Notes under the pieces: generated by a model
The model's input: only the letters and a program-made list of their open reading frames with translations
What the model was told of the DNA's origin: nothing
The model's database searches: none
Assembly (NCBI GenBank): GCA_031390755.1
Contig: JANMTS010000109.1
Location: 5,773 to 69,772, forward strand
DNA: 64,000 nucleotides
Direction of reading: 5' to 3'
From: Holophagales bacterium
Lineage (GTDB): Bacteria; Acidobacteriota; Thermoanaerobaculia; Multivoradales; UBA5704
Shown: in pieces, positions 59,822 to 64,000 of the stretch
How the letters are laid out: the number at the start of each line of letters is the position of its first letter
How positions within the stretch are numbered: position 1 is the first letter of the stretch
Made by a program: the position numbers and the translations under genes

Positions 59822-60568
59822 TCAGAAGTTGAGCCGGCGGAACACGAACGACGGGATGTTCCTCACCACCATCGCCACGAGCGACCACCGCCAGGGGACG
59901 AAGCCGGAGGCGGAGCTGCCGCGCCGGGCGAGCGCCAGGATGCTGTCGGCGGCGGCGGCCGGCGAGACCAGCCAGAACAGACCCGGCTTGCCGCGCGTCA
60001 TGGCCGTGTCGACGAACCCGGGCTTGATCGTCACCACGTTCACGCCGTAGCGGGTCAGCCGGTTGCGCAGCGATTCGAGGAAGGCCGTGAGAGCCGCCTT
60101 GGAGGTGCCGTAGCCCGGGAAGCCGCGCCGGCCGCGCTCGCCCGCGATGCTGGAGATGCCGATCAGGGTGCCGGTGCGCCGGGATTCGAAGTACGGCGCC
60201 GCGAGGTCGAACCAGGCCATGCAGCCCAGAAGATTGACCTCGATCATCGACCGGTCCTTCGCGAAGCTGTACTCGCCCTCCACGATCTCGGGCATCACGC
60301 CCGCGGCGTAGACGACCGTGTCCAGGCCGCCGAGATCCTTCACGATCCGGTCGAACAGGTCCGGCGTGCCGTCATAGTCGGCGACATCGTGGATGTAGGC
60401 GAACGCGGCCGGCGCCCCGGCCTGCCGCGCGGCGGCTTCGACCCGGTCCAGCTCGTCGCCGCGCCGGGCGACCAGGGCCACGGACGCGCCCGAGCGGGCG
60501 AGGGCCAGGGTGAGGGCTTCGCCGATGCCGGAGGACGCTCCGAGGATCAATGCTTTCTTGAGTTGCAC
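59822..60568 (-). CDS. Short-chain dehydrogenase/reductase, DprE2-like by context
   Basis: 248 aa: ALILGASSGIGEALTLALARSGASVALVARR (TGxxxGxG-type), NLLG, and the catalytic YGTSKAAL (YxxxK). It lies directly upstream of the DprE1-like gene. Confidence 0.8.
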   Translation of the reverse strand: MQLKKALILGASSGIGEALTLALARSGASVALVARRGDELDRVEAAARQAGAPAAFAYIHDVADYDGTPDLFDRIVKDLGGLDTVVYAAGVMPEIVEGEYSFAKDRSMIEVNLLGCMAWFDLAAPYFESRRTGTLIGISSIAGERGRRGFPGYGTSKAALTAFLESLRNRLTRYGVNVVTIKPGFVDTAMTRGKPGLFWLVSPAAAADSILALARRGSSASGFVPWRWSLVAMVVRNIPSFVFRRLNF

Positions 60569-60636
60569 GGCCGGGACGCTACCATAGTGCGCGCTTGGAA
60601 GACCATCCGCACGCCATCCAAGGAGACGCCGACCCG

Positions 60637-61821
60637 ATGAAGCCGACGACCGCTGTCCTTGCCCTGTTCCTGATCTCTTCCGGAGCCGCTGTGGCTCAAG
60701 ATGTCGACTTCCCCGCTCTCGGCCGCGAGGTCGTCGGCCTCGTCCGGGACCGCTTCCTGGACGAGGCGAAGGGAAAGCAGTGGGCCGAGGCGCACGCGGG
60801 CTACGCCGACGCGATCCGCGACCCGGCCGCGTTCCGGAACGCCACCCGGAGCGCGCTCGCCGAGCTGGCGACTTCCCACACTCTGTACTACACGCCGGAC
60901 GACCCCGGCTACTTCGACCTGCTCGCCATCTTCGAGAGCTTCATGCACCGCGATCCGAAGACCGAAAGTCTCGGGCTGGCCACCGTGGAGAGCATGGAAC
61001 GGGACGGCTCCTGGTTCGTGGCCCGGGTGTTCGCGGGCGGCGCCGCCGAAGGCTCGGGCATCCGGCGCGGCGACCGCCTCGTCTCTCTGGACGGTCTCGA
61101 CGGTCAACCCTTCCACCCGGTTCTCTCCCTCAAGGGCAAGGCCGGGAGGGCGGTCGATCTTCAGGTTCAGAGCCAGTCGGGCGGGGATCTACGGACGGTC
61201 CGCCTCACGCCGCGGCTCGTCAATCCCAAGCAGGAGTGGCTGGAGGACGAGCGCAAGGCCGCCCGGATGATCGAGAAAAACGGCAAGCGCATCGCCTACG
61301 TGCCGCTGTGGTCGTGCGCCGGGGCCGAGCACCAGGAGCTGCTCGAGGACCTGTTGCAAGGGGATCTCGCCGGAGCCGACGCCCTGGCGATCGACTTCCG
61401 CGGCGGCTGGGGCGGCTGCAATCCGGGCTTCGTCTCGCTCTTCGATCCGGCCGTGCCGGACCTGAAGCAGACCGGCCGCAAGGGCGAGGTCACGACCTTC
61501 GCTCCGGCGTGGCGCAAGCCCGTGGCCGTGATCGTGGACCGCGGCACGCGCAGCGGCAAGGAGGTCGTGGCGCGCAGTCTCCAGAAGCACAGGCGCGCGG
61601 TCGTGGTCGGCGAGCGCACGGCCGGCGCCGTGGTGGCGGGCCAGCCCCTCCTCCTGAAGGACTGCTCGCTGCTCTTCCTCGCGGTCCTGGATGTACGGGT
61701 GGATGGCGAGCGGCTCGAAGTGACCGGCGTCACGCCCGACATCGAAGCGCCCTCTTCCCTACACTTCGCCGAGGGAAGGGATGCCCAGTTAGAAAGCGCG
61801 GTCTCGGCTATGCTGTTTTGA
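60637..61821 (+). CDS. S41-like peptidase with PDZ domain (secreted)
   Basis: The signal peptide reads MKPTTAVLALFLISSGAAVAQD. The PDZ-like segment reads WFVARVFAGGAAEGSGIRRGDRLVSLDG. The S41-like core reads IAYVPLWS..AIDFRGGWGG..VIVDRGTRSGKEVVARSLQ..VVVGERTAG. The usual catalytic Lys of TxGKG is not evident. Confidence 0.65.
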   Translation: MKPTTAVLALFLISSGAAVAQDVDFPALGREVVGLVRDRFLDEAKGKQWAEAHAGYADAIRDPAAFRNATRSALAELATSHTLYYTPDDPGYFDLLAIFESFMHRDPKTESLGLATVESMERDGSWFVARVFAGGAAEGSGIRRGDRLVSLDGLDGQPFHPVLSLKGKAGRAVDLQVQSQSGGDLRTVRLTPRLVNPKQEWLEDERKAARMIEKNGKRIAYVPLWSCAGAEHQELLEDLLQGDLAGADALAIDFRGGWGGCNPGFVSLFDPAVPDLKQTGRKGEVTTFAPAWRKPVAVIVDRGTRSGKEVVARSLQKHRRAVVVGERTAGAVVAGQPLLLKDCSLLFLAVLDVRVDGERLEVTGVTPDIEAPSSLHFAEGRDAQLESAVSAMLF

Positions 61822-61853
61822 TAGTCTTATCGGATTCGATTCGGAGGTGCTCC

Positions 61854-64000
61854 ATGCAGAGACTGCGCTCTTCCGGCAGAGGTTTTCTTCTTTTCTTCTC
61901 TGCGGTTCTGCTCTTCGTCGTTGGTCAGGTCTGGGCGACGCTTCGGTTTCAGGACCGCATCGCTATCGTGTTCGAGGATCTCCGTCGGCTGGACCGGGGC
62001 CGCATCGCTGACGAGAAGGCCCGCCAGGAAGCCTTGAAGCTCCGCATTGAGAACGAACAGAAGAACGTCTTCTTGCAGACGCTGATCGTGACGTTAAGCG
62101 GCAGCATTGGTCTTGCTGCGGCCCTATCGGGAGCCTGGATCGGCTTCAGCAACTATCTGTCCACAAGAGAGCGTGAGCGGCTGGACCGGGCGGCTAGCGA
62201 CATGGAGCACATCTGGGAAGGAATCGCGCAATCCTCAGATCCGCAGAAGCAGGCAGCAAGTATCGCGGGCCTCCTACATTTTCTCCACCCCGATAATCAC
62301 GAGTTTCATACGCGCGTCGCCGCAGCCCTTGCGCTCGCCGGGCGGATGGAGCGTAAGTTGCCGGTGGTGATGCAGACCCTTGCTCCTGTCCTCGAACGGG
62401 CGATGCGAGAGGCCCCCGAAGCCATGCGGCAAGTTTCATGGCAAGGTCTGTCGCTGGTCGGACTTAACGTCTCTGGCACCGACCTCGCCGGATTCGATTT
62501 TCGCGACAGCCACCTGCCCGGTGCCAACTTCCAGCGCTGCATCCTGCGTAACGCCCGCTTCGACAACGCCCGGCTAGTGCGATCGGCCTTCGACCATGCA
62601 GACCTTTCCGGGGCCTCTCTTGAGTATGCGGACCTCGCCGACGCTAGCCTTGCTCATGCGCAGTTGGCTGGTGCCAGCTTACGGCATGTAAAGCTCTTGA
62701 ATCTCGACCTTCGGCAAGCCGACTTGAGAGGCGCTCAGTTTTCGATGCTCGATACCGACTTCAGGTTGGTGCGGAACTGGCGGACCGCGCATTTCCCAAC
62801 GGAGAGCGCGAAGGCCCGACTCTTAGAGAGGATCGGTCCGCCGACAGAGGGCCCACGAATCCTCATGCTGATGTGGGAATTCCTGCCCAAGGCTTCCGGA
62901 GGAGCTTGGACCGCAGCGCATCACCTCTTGCGCAATCTACGCAAGGTCGGCACGGATCTGACGGTGATGGTGCCATGGCCTGCGTCTGCCGTCTCTTTTT
63001 TGGAGTTTGGCAACGAAATCCGTCTCCTACCGCTCGGCGACGGCAACACCCGGACAGGCGAGACCTATACGACCTATGCCGACGATGGCTCTTTCAGTCG
63101 GCCGCTACAGTACAGTTCTTATCGATCGGGCCATGGGCTGTTCGACGCCGTGTCTGAATTCGCCGCCGCTGCTGGCAGTATGGCCGAGCAGGCCCGCCTC
63201 GAGTTCGACGTCATTCATGCCCACGACTGGCTTGCGTTTCCCGCAGCAATGGCCGTCGCGGAGCAGTGCGACGCTCCGTTCGTGGCGCACATTCACTCGA
63301 TTGAAGAGGACCGGCAGCCCGAGCGCCCGAGTTTCTTCATCCAGCAAGTCGAACGACAAGGATGCCAGCGGGCGGTCCGTATTGTGGTGCCGAGTCGCTT
63401 CACCCGCGATCGGTTGATTCGGGCCTACGGCATTTCGGAAGCGAAAATCCTCGTCGTGCCGAACAGCCTGTCGGAGGGGGCGTTAGTGGATGGCCCTCCG
63501 CTTTCCAACTTCGGGCAGAAGAAGGTCGTCTTCTCAGGTCGCATGACGGCTCAGAAAGGGCCTGACCGATTCGTGGAGATTGCTCACCATCTCAAGGAAA
63601 GGGGGCATAGCGACGTCCAGTTCGTTGCTTATGGCAGCGGGCCCTTGGAGTCAGCATTTCGACAATCCGCAGAAGGTCGAGTACGGGTCAGCATCCCTAA
63701 GCCTCAACAGGTACCGCCAAGTGCTAAGGGCTCCGAGGAGCGGATCGCCGCCAGAATCGAAATCGCCCAAGTGGTTCCCATCGATTACGACGAATCCCGG
63801 CAGGAGATCCTGCGCTGCTATGCCGCGCCAGATTCAAATCGCAGGAAGCAACTAGAGGAGTTGATCCTGACGAAGGGCTTCACCGCCTATGCCGTATGGG
63901 AGACCAACGCCTCCCACGTGATCCGTGTCGACGGCCTAGGAGACGGCGTCCGTTACTTCGCCGTCCAAGCGCGGGGTCTCTTGGATGCAAGTCGCGAAGA
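61854..64000 (+). CDS. Membrane-anchored pentapeptide-repeat / GT4-type glycosyltransferase fusion protein (5' 715 codons; continues past the window end)
   Basis: Not in the ORF track because it is open to the window edge, but frame 0 from ATG 61854 (GGAGG 6 nt upstream) has no stop. My translation is MQRLRSSGRGFLLFFSAVLLFVVGQVW... The pentapeptide repeats (~62445..62766) read GTDLAGFDFRDSHLPGANFQRCILRNARFDNARLVRSAFDHADLSGASLEYADLADASLAHAQLAGASL.. The GT-B/GT4-like part (from ~62856) reads RILMLMWEFLPKASGGAWTAAHHLL..DVIHAHDWLAFPAA..VVFSGRMTAQKGPDRFVEIA. G+C is visibly lower (32/60 and 36/60 in the two lines I counted). Confidence 0.75.
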   Translation, partial: MQRLRSSGRGFLLFFSAVLLFVVGQVWATLRFQDRIAIVFEDLRRLDRGRIADEKARQEALKLRIENEQKNVFLQTLIVTLSGSIGLAAALSGAWIGFSNYLSTRERERLDRAASDMEHIWEGIAQSSDPQKQAASIAGLLHFLHPDNHEFHTRVAAALALAGRMERKLPVVMQTLAPVLERAMREAPEAMRQVSWQGLSLVGLNVSGTDLAGFDFRDSHLPGANFQRCILRNARFDNARLVRSAFDHADLSGASLEYADLADASLAHAQLAGASLRHVKLLNLDLRQADLRGAQFSMLDTDFRLVRNWRTAHFPTESAKARLLERIGPPTEGPRILMLMWEFLPKASGGAWTAAHHLLRNLRKVGTDLTVMVPWPASAVSFLEFGNEIRLLPLGDGNTRTGETYTTYADDGSFSRPLQYSSYRSGHGLFDAVSEFAAAAGSMAEQARLEFDVIHAHDWLAFPAAMAVAEQCDAPFVAHIHSIEEDRQPERPSFFIQQVERQGCQRAVRIVVPSRFTRDRLIRAYGISEAKILVVPNSLSEGALVDGPPLSNFGQKKVVFSGRMTAQKGPDRFVEIAHHLKERGHSDVQFVAYGSGPLESAFRQSAEGRVRVSIPKPQQVPPSAKGSEERIAARIEIAQVVPIDYDESRQEILRCYAAPDSNRRKQLEELILTKGFTAYAVWETNASHVIRVDGLGDGVRYFAVQARGLLDASRE

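Noticed and set aside
62107-63855. Six short plus-strand ORFs listed in the track near the window end.
   Set aside because: All are in frames 1 or 2. Frame 0 is continuously open from 61854 to the window edge and encodes recognisable pentapeptide-repeat and GT4 motifs.

Overview
This is a GC-rich bacterial chromosomal segment with about 50 protein-coding genes. I saw no rRNA, tRNA or CRISPR array. The high GC content produces many long antisense 'shadow' ORFs in the supplied track; I rejected those.

Gene content, left to right:
- 1-7154 (- strand): an efflux cluster of an oligopeptide-type ATPase pair, TolC, a Yip1 protein, a MacA adaptor, a MacB-type ATPase and a permease.
- 7354-10318: a large protein with a divergent class III cyclase-like domain, then purC.
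- 10.9-18.6 kb: mlaD, a PTPS-related membrane protein, mlaFE, alr and dnaB.
- 19.1-32.0 kb: a compact, divergently transcribed hybrid NRPS (A-T-C-A-T-C-A-T) plus PKS (KS-AT-T-R) locus.
- 32.0-33.1 kb: a RES/Xre toxin-antitoxin pair.
- 33.9-37.9 kb: creD and a creBC-like two-component system.
- 38.0-40.0 kb: a luciferase-family small protein and an MFS transporter.
- 40.2-46.3 kb: a putative phosphate-scavenging set of a phosphodiesterase with TPR repeats, a TonB-dependent receptor and a metallophosphoesterase.
- 47.2-47.9 kb: a decayed TA patch.
- 49.3-56.0 kb: a TolC/HlyD/2xATPase/2xABC-2 permease exporter (YbhGFSR-like).
- 57.0-61.8 kb: AsmA, a DprE1/DprE2-like pair and an S41-like peptidase.
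- 61854 to the window end: an open pentapeptide-repeat/glycosyltransferase fusion gene that runs off the window.

Most interesting observations:
- The orphan NRPS-PKS locus with reductive release carries a 1-nt frameshift between module 1 and module 2.
- Two low-GC intergenic arrays of short motifs are phased at exactly 20-21 bp (10646-10885 and 48364-48750). Each lies upstream of a small ORF.
- A nested inverted-repeat (MITE/REP-like) element sits at a gene junction.
- An in-frame TAG replaces a conserved Tyr in an ABC ATPase.

Several gene remnants (vapC, an FtsX-type permease tail) point to local decay or assembly errors. Lineage is inference only: the carboxypeptidase-regulatory-type TonB receptor, the orphan FtsX permease tail and the GC content are reminiscent of Acidobacteriota-like genomes. 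Domain boundaries given for the NRPS and PKS are approximate.
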